Shown: piece by piece, positions 31,856 through 42,008 of the stretch
Numbering within the stretch: the stretch's first letter is position 1
Layout of the letters: every line of letters starts with the position of its first letter
Source: a virus
Lineage: Duplodnaviria > Caudoviricetes
IMG/VR virus record: IMGVR_UViG_3300042556_002563
Span: 1 to 61,904 of that record
Length of the DNA stretch: 61,904 nucleotides
Reading direction: 5' to 3' (one strand)
The notes under the pieces: model-generated
Databases searched by the model: none
Told to the model about the DNA's origin: nothing
What the model saw: the letters and a program-made list of their open reading frames with translations, nothing else
Translations under genes and position numbers: made by a program

Positions 31856-32488
31856 CTACTTCGCTTTCGGCAACCCCTGATCAACAGTCTGAATTAGCAA
31901 CAATAAAACAAATGCCGCGTCTACGACGTTATCGACGCCGGTAGATTTGTACTTATCCGCGTTAAACGCTGTACCCAGTTTATTTGCCGCCGCAATCATA
32001 TCTTCTTTACTGGCTTTGCCGTTGCCAGTAGCGTACTTTTTAATCGTACTGATAGCAAAACCTTGCGCCAGCAAATTCTCTTCCTCGGCCCATGTCGCTA
32101 CCGTGACCTTCATGCCGCCAAGCACTTCAGACGCGGTGGCGACACGCGACAATACCGCCGGAATGCCGAATTTCTTGTTCACGAAGAATTCGCGCGGTGG
32201 CGTGTATTTAACGTCTTCGTAACCAATGACGTCAGGCTGCACCGTGTTCAAGAAAGCGCGTAAGCGTACGAACCGGGCGGCGCCAGACTCAAGACCTTGC
32301 GTGGAAAGATCCCACTGAAATAACTGCAACTTTTCTTGCAGCAGTTTTTTGCCTTTTACAAAGTCGTAAACGGCTACGCCACAATTGCTGCCAAGATCAA
32401 GTCCGAGAAATCGAAGAGCGTCCGCGGGCTTCTTGTCCAATTTTGTCCCGAATTGATTCGGGTCTTTGTACATCCTGTACTTCGGCAT
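31856..32488 (-). CDS. ruvC: RuvC-like Holliday junction resolvase
   Basis: LGLDLG, YED, IKKYATGNGKASKEDM, DNVVDA: full acidic tetrad present. Confidence 0.88.
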   Translation of the reverse strand: MPKYRMYKDPNQFGTKLDKKPADALRFLGLDLGSNCGVAVYDFVKGKKLLQEKLQLFQWDLSTQGLESGAARFVRLRAFLNTVQPDVIGYEDVKYTPPREFFVNKKFGIPAVLSRVATASEVLGGMKVTVATWAEEENLLAQGFAISTIKKYATGNGKASKEDMIAAANKLGTAFNADKYKSTGVDNVVDAAFVLLLLIQTVDQGLPKAK

Positions 32489-32498
32489 TATGTGCTTT

Positions 32499-33152
32499 CT
32501 AGCAGCTAGGCATAAATACTTCTCGGATCCGGTGCCAGAGCGGTTTTACTTGCGCATCTTTAACTACCGGCGATAGCGCCGCTGCAAGTTTTTCACGCGT
32601 GGCTTCAAGTTCTTTGTATAACGCATTTAGCCTTGTCTGCAATACGTCGTTGCGCATGCGCAAATGATCCGCGGCAAAATCCGCGTCGTATTTCGGCGCG
32701 CCGTGCCGCGCTGCAAACTCTTTTACAGTCGACGTAAACCGCGCCATATTTGTCTGCGCCGGCGACTCCTCGCCTACCACTGAGACTTCACGCACAGCCA
32801 AGAACCAAGCGGCACAGCATACCTCGCCGATCGCCGCGAACAATACCTGCCGCAACGGATAGCTGAATTCTACAAAGTTCCGGCGCGCCAAAGCCTGCTC
32901 AAAACTAGCCACAGGGTCTGACGCGTTTACAAAATCGCGCTGGGCTGTCGCAAGCGCTTCGGCAATTTTGTTTACGTCGTCATCTGTGATGTTGTTTTTG
33001 GCGTACCAGTCTAGGGCTTCTGCCGAAAGGGCGCCAATGTCCATATTCTCAATTGCCCGCGTCATCAACGTAGGCGTGATGTAAGCATAATCACGTTCGG
33101 GATTATACAGCGGACCGCTGTCACCTTTTTGACGATAACCAATACTGCCCAT
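32499..33152 (-). CDS. Hypothetical protein with C-terminal coiled coil
   Basis: ORF with an AGGA SD. Confidence 0.6.
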   Translation of the reverse strand: MGSIGYRQKGDSGPLYNPERDYAYITPTLMTRAIENMDIGALSAEALDWYAKNNITDDDVNKIAEALATAQRDFVNASDPVASFEQALARRNFVEFSYPLRQVLFAAIGEVCCAAWFLAVREVSVVGEESPAQTNMARFTSTVKEFAARHGAPKYDADFAADHLRMRNDVLQTRLNALYKELEATREKLAAALSPVVKDAQVKPLWHRIREVFMPSC

Positions 33153-33161
33153 AAAAATCCT

Positions 33162-34022
33162 TTACATGTCGGCGTTGCCGGCGCATTCTACGTGATTTTT
33201 AAGATACCGGCAACGTACGCACACGTCGCCATTGTCTACAGGATCGAAAAAACCTTCTGCGTTACACGCAGAACAATCTCGGGTTTCGTACGTTCTCGGA
33301 TGCGTCGCAAACTCGCACTGGTCGTAACCTAGCCAACAAAAAGCACAGCCGTGCTCGAATTGATCCGGGCATGGTTTTGCCCGACAACGAACTTCAATTA
33401 ACTTGCGGTTCACTTTCAGCATACTGCTGCTCGCGCTAACCGTCACAAACGAAGGAAACTCTCGGCTGCGGGCCGCCTCGATATGCGCAAAAAACAACAG
33501 GTTTACAAAATGCGCTGCCGTCGAATAAGGGTACGCGCCCCACGGCGCCGAAAAGCCGAGTGTGCGAGAAATAGCAGAACAACTGCTGCGCGAGAAAAAC
33601 TGCGTAAACACCATAGGGCACGGCGATCCCGCCAACGCCCGACAACTAAATATGAAACCCGGCGTGGTTTTTCGTTTAAACGGGCGCACGCTTTCAATAA
33701 CTACCGGCACAATCTCGTCGTCTAATTGACGCGTCCATTTCAAAACGGGCTGGCCGTCAATCAGTTTGTCCACGTTGCCCGCTAATCGCCACGCCAGATC
33801 CGCCGCGGCAGACTGCGTTAGTTTTGTTCCGGCCAAAACGCGCACAGAATCATAGACGGCAGTTTCCGCGACGGTTGCCGGCATTTCGGCCATGATATCT
33901 TTACAGATGTCATAGACTGTCTCGCCAACAACACTGACGTCGATATACGGCCGCAAAGCGCGCGAGCAGATCTTATCTCGGCGATCGCGCACCCTTGAAT
34001 AACTAAACGGGGTTTGCGTCAT
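33162..34022 (-). CDS. Hypothetical protein with C-terminal Zn-finger-like Cys cluster
   Basis: C..H.C..C....C and CSAC...CVRC. Confidence 0.65.
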   Translation of the reverse strand: MTQTPFSYSRVRDRRDKICSRALRPYIDVSVVGETVYDICKDIMAEMPATVAETAVYDSVRVLAGTKLTQSAAADLAWRLAGNVDKLIDGQPVLKWTRQLDDEIVPVVIESVRPFKRKTTPGFIFSCRALAGSPCPMVFTQFFSRSSCSAISRTLGFSAPWGAYPYSTAAHFVNLLFFAHIEAARSREFPSFVTVSASSSMLKVNRKLIEVRCRAKPCPDQFEHGCAFCWLGYDQCEFATHPRTYETRDCSACNAEGFFDPVDNGDVCVRCRYLKNHVECAGNADM

Positions 34023-34626
34023 TGTTTTGCGCCGCCTCGGTTTGATCCGCTAGTGACACCTCGCCGGCATTGTTTAATGCCGTCGCGCCGACCGTCGTAA
34101 ATTTTCGGTCTGGATTGTTTTTCTCCCACGCGGCTCGCGCCTTACCGCTCGTTTCTTCCGTAAGCGTCGCGATATTCTTGACCCCGGCAGCTTCTTGTTC
34201 AAGCTGCACAATAAGCGAACCTAGTTCGCCTGACAAAAGACTAGCAATGTCCCCGACGCAAACCACGTTTTTAACGATTGCTGTTGTCAGCTCACCTACA
34301 TTGCCGTCCTTTGCAATACGAAACGTAAATACAATCTCGGAGAGTTGTACCGTTTCAGGCAGCGGATCAGAAATTGGTTTGCCGTTTAACTCATTGGCAA
34401 TAAGCTTCAACGCGTCAAAACGCTTGTAAATCTCTTCAATCTTAATCGCCGAATTTTTGATGAGTTCGCCGGCGTTTACGCGCGCGGTCGTTTGGTCGTT
34501 GGCGGCCTGCAGCGCTTTTGCTAACGCTGAAGCGTCGAGGCGCAATGGCACATTAACCATTTGTTGCGCATTCGGGTTTTCTGTTTTAATCGCGTCCACA
34601 ACTGTCTGTTTTGCTGGCCGAGCCAT
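34003..34626 (-). CDS. Hypothetical protein
   Basis: ORF with an AGGAG SD. Confidence 0.65.
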   Translation of the reverse strand: MARPAKQTVVDAIKTENPNAQQMVNVPLRLDASALAKALQAANDQTTARVNAGELIKNSAIKIEEIYKRFDALKLIANELNGKPISDPLPETVQLSEIVFTFRIAKDGNVGELTTAIVKNVVCVGDIASLLSGELGSLIVQLEQEAAGVKNIATLTEETSGKARAAWEKNNPDRKFTTVGATALNNAGEVSLADQTEAAQNNDANPV

Positions 34627-34641
34627 AATTACTCCTTTAAG

Positions 34642-35046
34642 TTACGCGGTTACTACTGCAAAACCAAACCAATACCGTAACCCAGTATTGATATCTGTAT
34701 CTGAATCGTACAAAAGCTCTACGGGCGTTCCCGTCACGACATAAAAGTCGGTTACCGATTTGGGCAAATGCCCGGCGCAAGATAGCCCAATCTGCAGCAT
34801 AAATGCAAGAGCTAAGTCGGCTGCCGGGTTCAAAGTGTACTGAAACAACGGAATACGCACGTAATCGTCGCTTTCGGCGTACGCCCACTCCGGCTCGTTA
34901 CCCGGCTCAAGCGGGGCGGAAAGAACGCACCAGCGCCCTTTATCCAGCTTTGATTTCGACTTGATTAGCGCCGGCGCAAACGGTTGCCCTGCCGGCCACC
35001 GAGCACGCGTTGTAGCCAGATCAATCTGATCGACAATAAGTTTCAC
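34642..35046 (-). CDS. Hypothetical protein
   Basis: GTGA coupling with the upstream gene. Confidence 0.55.
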   Translation of the reverse strand: MKLIVDQIDLATTRARWPAGQPFAPALIKSKSKLDKGRWCVLSAPLEPGNEPEWAYAESDDYVRIPLFQYTLNPAADLALAFMLQIGLSCAGHLPKSVTDFYVVTGTPVELLYDSDTDINTGLRYWFGFAVVTA

Positions 35047-35783
35047 GGTTGATACTCAAATCCAATAGGTGCTTCTTGCAGCCCACGCTTGGAGCCAGCA
35101 AACTCTAAACCTGCGTCGTTCGCGTTGATCCACACGCCGTCGCGAAAATGACATATAGCCAAATCGTGTTGTCGGCAAAGTTCGCCAAACATGGTGTCTA
35201 CGCCACGGTGTTTAAAACTCTGCGGCGGCCAGTCGAACCGCTGGAGCACAGCAGACTGCGCCGCCCACCAGCTACACAGCGGGTGCTGTACGTACGCTTG
35301 CGGCTCTTTGCCGTTATACCACGGCTGGGCTTTTATCCAGTCAGCTTGCTTACCTGTTAAACGTGTCCGGTAAATAGACCCCAGCATCGCATGCGATTCT
35401 AATTGTTTTTTGACGCGTGGCAACCACTTTGTCGGATCGGTATCGGGGGCGAAACACGAGTCGTCGTCGAACCAAATCGTAATCGGCGCCCGTATCGGCC
35501 TAGACGCAAACAACCGCCGCATCATCGGATATTTGTGCGTGTTTACCGCAGAATCAACAAGCACGGCATGCGGGAAGAACGCGCTTATCTGGTCCCGTAC
35601 AAACGCGCGCGTAGCCGCGCTTACGGCGTTGCACCCAAAACGGAACTCGACGTTCTCCCGCGCTAACTGCCGCATGGGTTCGTTTAGCACCCGCTGCGCC
35701 AGCTTAAAGCAGGCCTCGTCAGCCCCGTAGAAAAGTACGCACACACAGGCGTCAGCGGATCCTTCCGCCATCGTCGGCTCCAT
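35043..35783 (-). CDS. Glycosyltransferase, GT-A (GT2-like) fold
   Basis: N-terminal beta strand, N..KYP.MR, IWFDDDS (DxD), later H.G.D motif. Confidence 0.65.
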   Translation of the reverse strand: MEPTMAEGSADACVCVLFYGADEACFKLAQRVLNEPMRQLARENVEFRFGCNAVSAATRAFVRDQISAFFPHAVLVDSAVNTHKYPMMRRLFASRPIRAPITIWFDDDSCFAPDTDPTKWLPRVKKQLESHAMLGSIYRTRLTGKQADWIKAQPWYNGKEPQAYVQHPLCSWWAAQSAVLQRFDWPPQSFKHRGVDTMFGELCRQHDLAICHFRDGVWINANDAGLEFAGSKRGLQEAPIGFEYQP

Positions 35784-35806
35784 CCGGCATGTAGTTTAAT
35801 CGCCAA

Positions 35807-36352
35807 TCACAAAGCTACGTTTTTAAGCGACAGCTTGTCGACAGCCACCGGTAATACTACCGGCGCAACGCGTGACCGGCCGAGCAACGTTAAAGCACGA
35901 ACAACATCAGTATTGTCTAACGTGTCCTTAGCTTTAACCTGCCGCACCAATTTATCCGTCAGCGCCAAAAATTGGGCACGATCTTTCGTGGAGCTGAAAT
36001 TAAACCGTACAGAAAACTGAGTTACAGTTTTACCTGCGTGCTCTTCAGCTACGTCATTTCGTTCCCACGCTTTTTCTTTGGCGCTGCGTGTATACACAAT
36101 CGACAGTCTACCTCGCATGTCATAAATGACAAGTACGGTTGACTTGGTTAAATCAGGCAAAATCGAGAAGACATGCGGAAACTGCGTGCATGGCACAAAC
36201 GGCAACTGCGCCGCAATTGTATCTTCAAGATTAACGCGCCCTAGCTGTACCGGAAATTCTCTGTTGCCGGTGTCGCCAACAGATGTAAATTCCGCTTCAA
36301 GCGCTCCGACACCCGGCTCGATTACAACCGGCACATTACGAACTGAAAACAT
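35807..36352 (-). CDS. Hypothetical protein
   Basis: ORF with an AGGA SD. Confidence 0.6.
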   Translation of the reverse strand: MFSVRNVPVVIEPGVGALEAEFTSVGDTGNREFPVQLGRVNLEDTIAAQLPFVPCTQFPHVFSILPDLTKSTVLVIYDMRGRLSIVYTRSAKEKAWERNDVAEEHAGKTVTQFSVRFNFSSTKDRAQFLALTDKLVRQVKAKDTLDNTDVVRALTLLGRSRVAPVVLPVAVDKLSLKNVAL

Positions 36353-36361
36353 AAAAACTTC

Positions 36362-37258
36362 CTATCGTGTGATGTCGGACCGAGTTTTACGGGCCGGCTT
36401 ACGCTCCGCCACGGTGTCGTCCGCCTCTTCTTCGTCTTCACGGCTTTCCAGCTCCTGTCGCACCTTGGCGCACATAGCCTCGTGGTCCGACACGATATCT
36501 GAAAGCTTCTGAAAGTTTTCCATAACTTCAGTCAAGTAACCGCGCACTGTCGCATCTAGCTTTGTGGGCGACGCATTGACAATATCGTCATAGATGTTGT
36601 CTTTGTTTTCCGTCAACCACAGACTTTCCGAGCGCCCAATAAAGCGGCGTTGGTGCTGCAACAGATCGTAGACCTGCTGCTTCAGCCCCTTCGGCGCACT
36701 GTGCGTGCGGCCGCTATTCTTCTGCTTGCCGCGAATTTCTTGCAGTTCTGTTGCCAGTGTTCTCGCGGTATACGCCTCCTCAGCGCATTTCTCTTCTAAC
36801 ACGGCGCGCTGATTATCATCCGGCACCTGTGCCAACAGCTGCACATGCGATGTCGTCAGGCGCCATCGTGGGCGATCTGGACAACGCATACCAAGCAATC
36901 GCGTAATCTCGCCCTCGCTTGGATACTTCTCGAAGAAATTTACAGCACCGCGCAACTGCTCGACCGTATAGACAGGCGCAAAAATTGACATGAGCAGCGA
37001 CGCGCCATCAACATGCGACGCCTGTTGCTCCGCTGTCAAATAGCGCTCTGGGTCGTCGCGGACCTCGGTGATCAACCGCCCAACACGCCAGAATGCCGTC
37101 ATACTGGCGACCTGCACGTCACCAAACAAATTATCAATCTCTGACACAACATCTTGCAGTGCCGGCGTCAGATTGTTTTGCGCCGTTAATAGCGGCGAAT
37201 TACGCGAATCGACAAGTTCAGCCTGTATAGCCAACTCTGTTTTTGACTTCCGCCCCAT
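36362..37258 (-). CDS. DUF1016/YhcG N-terminal-like DNA-binding protein
   Basis: FWRVGRLI...LTTSHVQLL.....R.......YTARTL...L resembles YWxIG...LSWSHY..L..R..WSVR.L; no PD-(D/E)XK C-terminal domain. Confidence 0.55.
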   Translation of the reverse strand: MGRKSKTELAIQAELVDSRNSPLLTAQNNLTPALQDVVSEIDNLFGDVQVASMTAFWRVGRLITEVRDDPERYLTAEQQASHVDGASLLMSIFAPVYTVEQLRGAVNFFEKYPSEGEITRLLGMRCPDRPRWRLTTSHVQLLAQVPDDNQRAVLEEKCAEEAYTARTLATELQEIRGKQKNSGRTHSAPKGLKQQVYDLLQHQRRFIGRSESLWLTENKDNIYDDIVNASPTKLDATVRGYLTEVMENFQKLSDIVSDHEAMCAKVRQELESREDEEEADDTVAERKPARKTRSDITR

Positions 37259-37284
37259 AGTTCCTCCTGAATAAATAACAAACC

Positions 37285-38481
37285 CTATTTGCGTTTCTGC
37301 TTTTTACTATCTGGTAACAATAACTGCATCGCGGCCGCTTGCAGCACATCCCGTTGCACGTGATACTGATTTTTAGCGTACCGCAAAATCGAACAAAACA
37401 AGTCGTACACAGTGCGCGCCCGCAGCGCTTCTTTTGTATACGCCTCTAACGCGACACGCGGCTCTAGATCCGCGCCGACCATAGAGGCGTTTTTAATCAC
37501 GCTCCGCGCGTCATCTCGGGCTACCTTGAAACGGGACAAATGCAGCATAAGCGCGTTTGTGGCCGCGTCAAGAGTCGCTTTGTCATCTGATAAGTTGAGC
37601 GACACACGGCTCATAGCGGCGACTTGTCGCGCTACAAGATCCATATCAATTTTCTTTTCAACCGTTCGCGACACTAGCAGTTGCGTGCGGCCGGCCAAAT
37701 CTGCGCCGGTATGCTTCACACGCGCGTTACTGCCGGCGGGCGTAACCGCTACACCAAATTTTGTGTATAAGCACGTTGATGCGCGAACAGCCAACCCGGT
37801 GTCTTCGCGATTAGAAAAATACCAGCCCGCTGCAAACGTGTGCCGCGGGTTGGTATAAATATCATTACGCCGAGAGGTCGGGTCGATGAAATACAACCGC
37901 AGCTCGCGTCCAATGATTTCCGCCCTAGAAAACTGAGCCGCTGGTTGTTTGTCCTGCAATTCGTTACAGATGATGTCCAAGAAAGCACTGTTGTCGAGCA
38001 GTCTATGGTCGAGCCCAAGGAACCCGTCAATTGTCTGTTCCCTGTGGTTCACCAATAAATTACGCTCACGTAATGCTTCAAACCGCACGCGCAGCACCAT
38101 GTTATAAATGCTGACCGCCGTCGCTACGTCACACTCGGCCACGCCTGCCGCCACCACTCGTTTATTTTCCCCGGACAACTCGTTAAACAACGGGTTTAAA
38201 CCGTGGGCCAAAGACGTGGCGAGAGCGCTAAAACCAAGCGAATTATACCTGTAGCCGCTTTCTGCCAGCCGACCATCAGCGTTCATAACCAGTTGCGCTT
38301 CGTCGACAACCGGCACGCACTCTGTATTAGCCGTGCGGGCAGCTAAAAAATTACGGCACTCGTCAAACTGCGCAGCTGAAAATGAAAACGCCGCAACTGG
38401 AGCAAAAATGCTCTTTGTGCCGGTATTGCTGGAAACAAATGCCACCACGCCACCCCGTGCTCGGTGTGTTATGCCGCCCAT
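37285..38481 (-). CDS. DUF932-like phage protein
   Basis: LLDN..F, G.YFSN.ED.G.AV, KHTG and late TVYDL pattern resemble DUF932; true start may be a GTG near 38448. Confidence 0.5.
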   Translation of the reverse strand: MGGITHRARGGVVAFVSSNTGTKSIFAPVAAFSFSAAQFDECRNFLAARTANTECVPVVDEAQLVMNADGRLAESGYRYNSLGFSALATSLAHGLNPLFNELSGENKRVVAAGVAECDVATAVSIYNMVLRVRFEALRERNLLVNHREQTIDGFLGLDHRLLDNSAFLDIICNELQDKQPAAQFSRAEIIGRELRLYFIDPTSRRNDIYTNPRHTFAAGWYFSNREDTGLAVRASTCLYTKFGVAVTPAGSNARVKHTGADLAGRTQLLVSRTVEKKIDMDLVARQVAAMSRVSLNLSDDKATLDAATNALMLHLSRFKVARDDARSVIKNASMVGADLEPRVALEAYTKEALRARTVYDLFCSILRYAKNQYHVQRDVLQAAAMQLLLPDSKKQKRK

Positions 38482-39014
38482 TCCGCGCCGACGGCCTGAA
38501 ACACCGTCGCCGTTGTTTCAACCGTCATGGGCATTTTTTCAAACTGCAAGTTCCACGTGATTCGCGTTAAACCACTCGCATCTACGCTGAGATTGTGCGC
38601 GCAAAACATGGTGCGTACCACAGGAAAAACGAAAATAAAACTGCGCGTCGAATCCACTTCCTGCCGGTAAAGGTTTTTTGATATTGCCTGACACAACCTG
38701 TTTTTACCTGTAACCGGACTCTTAAATAGATCTTGAAGTGTAAGCTCATGCAGTTTCGGAATTCGCCGCCCGCACAACACCGCGGGAAAATCTGTATACG
38801 TGCTGTTGAACCAGCTGAAATTCAACTTGTCATGCCCCGTCATATCGCGGCACTCGTTCGCCAGCTTACCCCACCCCAGCCGTTTAATACCGCACTCGTT
38901 GAAAACGCGCTTGATAATGCGCTCTTCAAACGCCAGCTGCCGTTGAAGCCGGACAGCGTCGGCGTTCTCGCTGTTCTCGTTAAACAACTCGCCAAAAAAC
39001 TGATCGCGGTCCAT
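38469..39014 (-). CDS. Hypothetical protein
   Basis: ORF fits the tiling. Confidence 0.6.
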   Translation of the reverse strand: MDRDQFFGELFNENSENADAVRLQRQLAFEERIIKRVFNECGIKRLGWGKLANECRDMTGHDKLNFSWFNSTYTDFPAVLCGRRIPKLHELTLQDLFKSPVTGKNRLCQAISKNLYRQEVDSTRSFIFVFPVVRTMFCAHNLSVDASGLTRITWNLQFEKMPMTVETTATVFQAVGAEWAA

Positions 39015-39017
39015 GTG

Positions 39018-39233
39018 TTACTCAAGCGTAATGCCGTGCGAGTTACGAATCATGTCACGTATTTCTTGCAGGTGACGGTCGATCTCCGCTGGCAGATCAC
39101 CGTGCTTAATCAACCCGCGGCAATGCTGATCGATTTCCCAAATCAACATTTTCGCGGCCTGACCTTCGACCGCCGCAGTAAATTCAGACTGCTCTTCGGG
39201 CAACGTAAATGACAACGTGGCTTTAGGCATCAA
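39018..39233 (-). CDS. Small phage protein (MKATL.F.LPEE family)
   Basis: KATLSFTLPEEQ...R..IKH motif common in phages. Confidence 0.65.
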   Translation of the reverse strand: MMPKATLSFTLPEEQSEFTAAVEGQAAKMLIWEIDQHCRGLIKHGDLPAEIDRHLQEIRDMIRNSHGITLE

Positions 39234-40603
39234 TCTACCTGCCCCAGCGGGTCAAAGTCGGTCGGGATAATCTCGCTGACAGCGCTCGACGCAGCCATCA
39301 GCTCAGGAATGTCCGTCATTTCCTTGTTCTTCAGCTCGGCCATGACCTGCTCCCGGAACTTGCGGGCCGGATCACAGACGGGGTAGTCATTCACGCCCAG
39401 AATGCCGTGCAGAAGCCCCATGACCTTCTTGTTGCTCTCCAGCGCCATCGACGCCTCAACCTCTGACAGCGCGTCCTGCTTGGAGATACCCAGCGCATTG
39501 GAAAACACCAACGGCACGTCAGAGTTCTTGGTGCCGTGCTTGTATTCCAAATCGCACACCTGCCTGAGCAGCGCCGGCAGCTTGGGATCCGTGCCCGGCT
39601 GCGGTTTCTTGTCCGCGGCCTGCAAATCCATCAGCAACCGAATCGTGGCCGTGTGCCAATCCCAGTAGTGGTACTGCTTGTTGCTGTACGTCTCTTCGCC
39701 GTTGGCATCCCGGCCGGCAACAATGTCGTTGTACCACATGAGGTTAACAACGATCTTACGACCCGGAGCGCCAAGATTGTTCTTGGTCGCGGCAATCCGC
39801 ACAGACTGGCCCTCATACCGCCCGCCAGTGATGTTCTTAGCCGAAGCCTTGGACATATCCAGAATCAACGTCGGGTAATAGTCCAGCGAAGCGCCACCCG
39901 GAGCGTACTTCTTGGGCGGACCGAATCCCATGGAGTTGATTTCCTCCTTGAGATGATTCGTGGCTACCAACGCGATTGGATAGTGCCGCAGCGTGGGCAC
40001 CAGCGCCGTCCGCATGAAGTCAGACAGATTCCGCGCCAGATAAGGATGCCCAGCAGCCGCGTGCCCCTCGTCAGCCACCTTCTCGACGCGCCGGTCAACC
40101 TCGACCGCCGAGATCGAGTCCACGCCAATACAAATAGGAATAACCCTGTCAGGGGCATTCTCGGCGTCAATCTGCTTGTGAATAGCTTGGCAGAAGCCCA
40201 TGTACTTCTTCTGCCACTCTTCCACACTCGCCGCCGTCGTGACCTTGGTGCGGGCCATGTATTGCGGGTTGTGCCCAAAAATACCCGACATCATCGTCGG
40301 GCTGCCCTTGTTCTCTGTGTCAATCATGATCGCGCCGCCGCCATACAGGTGGAACCAGCGCATGATCTCAATCAAGAACGCAGACTTGCCGGCGCTGAAC
40401 TCGCCGCGAAGCTGCGTAAACCGGCTCAGCGGAAAGATATTCGCCTGCAACAGATATCGTGCAGCCAATGACGGCAGCGGCAGGCCGATCAGCGGATCAT
40501 TATCCTCCGCTGTGGCCTTGAGCACTTCCGTAAACATCGGGTGCTCGCCGTTGCGGGCTTGGATATCAACTGATTCGTTTGCTTCCTTACGTTTCCTGCC
40601 CAT
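39230..40603 (-). CDS. recA: RecA/UvsX-like recombinase
   Basis: Walker A GEFSAGKS, IDTE, Walker B IGVDS, ATNH, PGG..L.YY, KN. Confidence 0.85.
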   Translation of the reverse strand: MGRKRKEANESVDIQARNGEHPMFTEVLKATAEDNDPLIGLPLPSLAARYLLQANIFPLSRFTQLRGEFSAGKSAFLIEIMRWFHLYGGGAIMIDTENKGSPTMMSGIFGHNPQYMARTKVTTAASVEEWQKKYMGFCQAIHKQIDAENAPDRVIPICIGVDSISAVEVDRRVEKVADEGHAAAGHPYLARNLSDFMRTALVPTLRHYPIALVATNHLKEEINSMGFGPPKKYAPGGASLDYYPTLILDMSKASAKNITGGRYEGQSVRIAATKNNLGAPGRKIVVNLMWYNDIVAGRDANGEETYSNKQYHYWDWHTATIRLLMDLQAADKKPQPGTDPKLPALLRQVCDLEYKHGTKNSDVPLVFSNALGISKQDALSEVEASMALESNKKVMGLLHGILGVNDYPVCDPARKFREQVMAELKNKEMTDIPELMAASSAVSEIIPTDFDPLGQVD

Positions 40604-40637
40604 TTCAATCTTTCTTGTTTTGATATTAATTCATGCC

Positions 40638-40673
40638 ACCCCGGGCGGTAGCGACATTGCCACCGCCCGGGGT
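40638..40673 (-). other. 15-bp GC-rich intergenic hairpin without U-tract
   Basis: ACCCCGGGCGGTGGC-AATGTC-GCTACCGCCCGGGGT; the G.U pair favours minus-strand RNA. Confidence 0.7.
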
Positions 40674-40688
40674 AAACACTATTTACCG

Positions 40689-41978
40689 TTACCGCGTACG
40701 CAGCGACCGCGCATTGTCTGTGATATGCGACGGGAAGAACCCAGAAGTGCTCTCTGGGATCACCCAGATATGCGCAAGATCCGGGGCCAGATCGGCGAGC
40801 TTGTTGTGATAGAACTCAACACGATCCCGCTTGAACGAAGGCATTTTCTTCTCGTGCCAGATTTCGAGCATCGCTTTCAACTGCGTACCGCCAGCCGCCT
40901 TGTCCCGCGTCATAGTCTTGACGCGGTTGATGTACGTCGTCAGGAACGTCGTGCACAACGACAAGTGCCTGAAATACTGTGACACGTCAGAAGTTACCGT
41001 GACGTGAAGCATCTTCTCCACAGTCTGCGCGGTGTTCTTCGTGTTAAGCAAGATGTTCGGCGTGCAGTCATTGAACATCTGCTCGACAACAGTCGAGTTC
41101 ACAAAACCAGCGGCCTCAAACTTGTCGATAAACATGGCCAACCCGCGCAGCATGTCGCCGCCAAGGCTTTCGGCGCACCGCCAATGTGCAGAAGTTTGCG
41201 ATACAAGAAACAGCACCCGCTCCAGCACGCCCTTGCCGTACTTGTCGTAAATCTCCTCAAGCGCATACGGAACCTTGATGTTCGGATAAGCAGCTCGGCC
41301 GCGGCTGTCCGTAGACATCTCAAGCCCAACGGCCCGAACACTCTCCAAAATCTCGTCGATCTTCGGGTCGTTTGACGCCTTACGGGCCTTGTAAATATCT
41401 AACTGCGCGTGCGGCCGCGTTCTGTAATTGCACGTCGAGTAGATCGTGGCTTCTTCTTCCACAACCTCAACAATCGTAACCTCGCACAATACAGCCGCTT
41501 CGCCGTTTTCAATCGACGCCAAAACACGGTGTGCGCCGTCAGCCACGCGCGCAAAAACCGCAGTCACGACACCCTGCGCGTTGACTACTTTACGAATCGT
41601 AATCAGCGGCATGCGCCGCGCCTTTCGGACAGGAAAACAAACCATTTCCGCAACGTGTGGGTAATCGCAACGCTTGTTGCGGCACCACTCCTCGTCCAAC
41701 GTCATAGCGGTCGTCGGCACCGCCATAACTGCCCTGCCGTCGGGCGCGATGTTTTCCCGGCGGCAATAGTCATCTGTCGTGGCGATATTGATCTCGGCCT
41801 GCTGATAAAGCGCCAGCATCTGCTCCAACGACAACGATGCCGTCTGCAGAATTTCATCGTTCGCCGTACGCGGCAGATTCTTGAACGTGTACTCGACCTC
41901 CTTATTAAACTTGCAACGAACGGTGAACGGCTTTTCAGCCTTCGGCATTGCCGGCACAACCGCATTCGAATTGACCAT
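40689..41978 (-). CDS. ParB/Srx-like N-terminal domain protein
   Basis: P.ITI.....VADGAHR..A....EEA..Y...N pattern. Confidence 0.6.
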   Translation of the reverse strand: MVNSNAVVPAMPKAEKPFTVRCKFNKEVEYTFKNLPRTANDEILQTASLSLEQMLALYQQAEINIATTDDYCRRENIAPDGRAVMAVPTTAMTLDEEWCRNKRCDYPHVAEMVCFPVRKARRMPLITIRKVVNAQGVVTAVFARVADGAHRVLASIENGEAAVLCEVTIVEVVEEEATIYSTCNYRTRPHAQLDIYKARKASNDPKIDEILESVRAVGLEMSTDSRGRAAYPNIKVPYALEEIYDKYGKGVLERVLFLVSQTSAHWRCAESLGGDMLRGLAMFIDKFEAAGFVNSTVVEQMFNDCTPNILLNTKNTAQTVEKMLHVTVTSDVSQYFRHLSLCTTFLTTYINRVKTMTRDKAAGGTQLKAMLEIWHEKKMPSFKRDRVEFYHNKLADLAPDLAHIWVIPESTSGFFPSHITDNARSLRTR

Positions 41979-42008
41979 AACTTTCGCTGTCCTTACGTGT
42001 GGGGGTAC

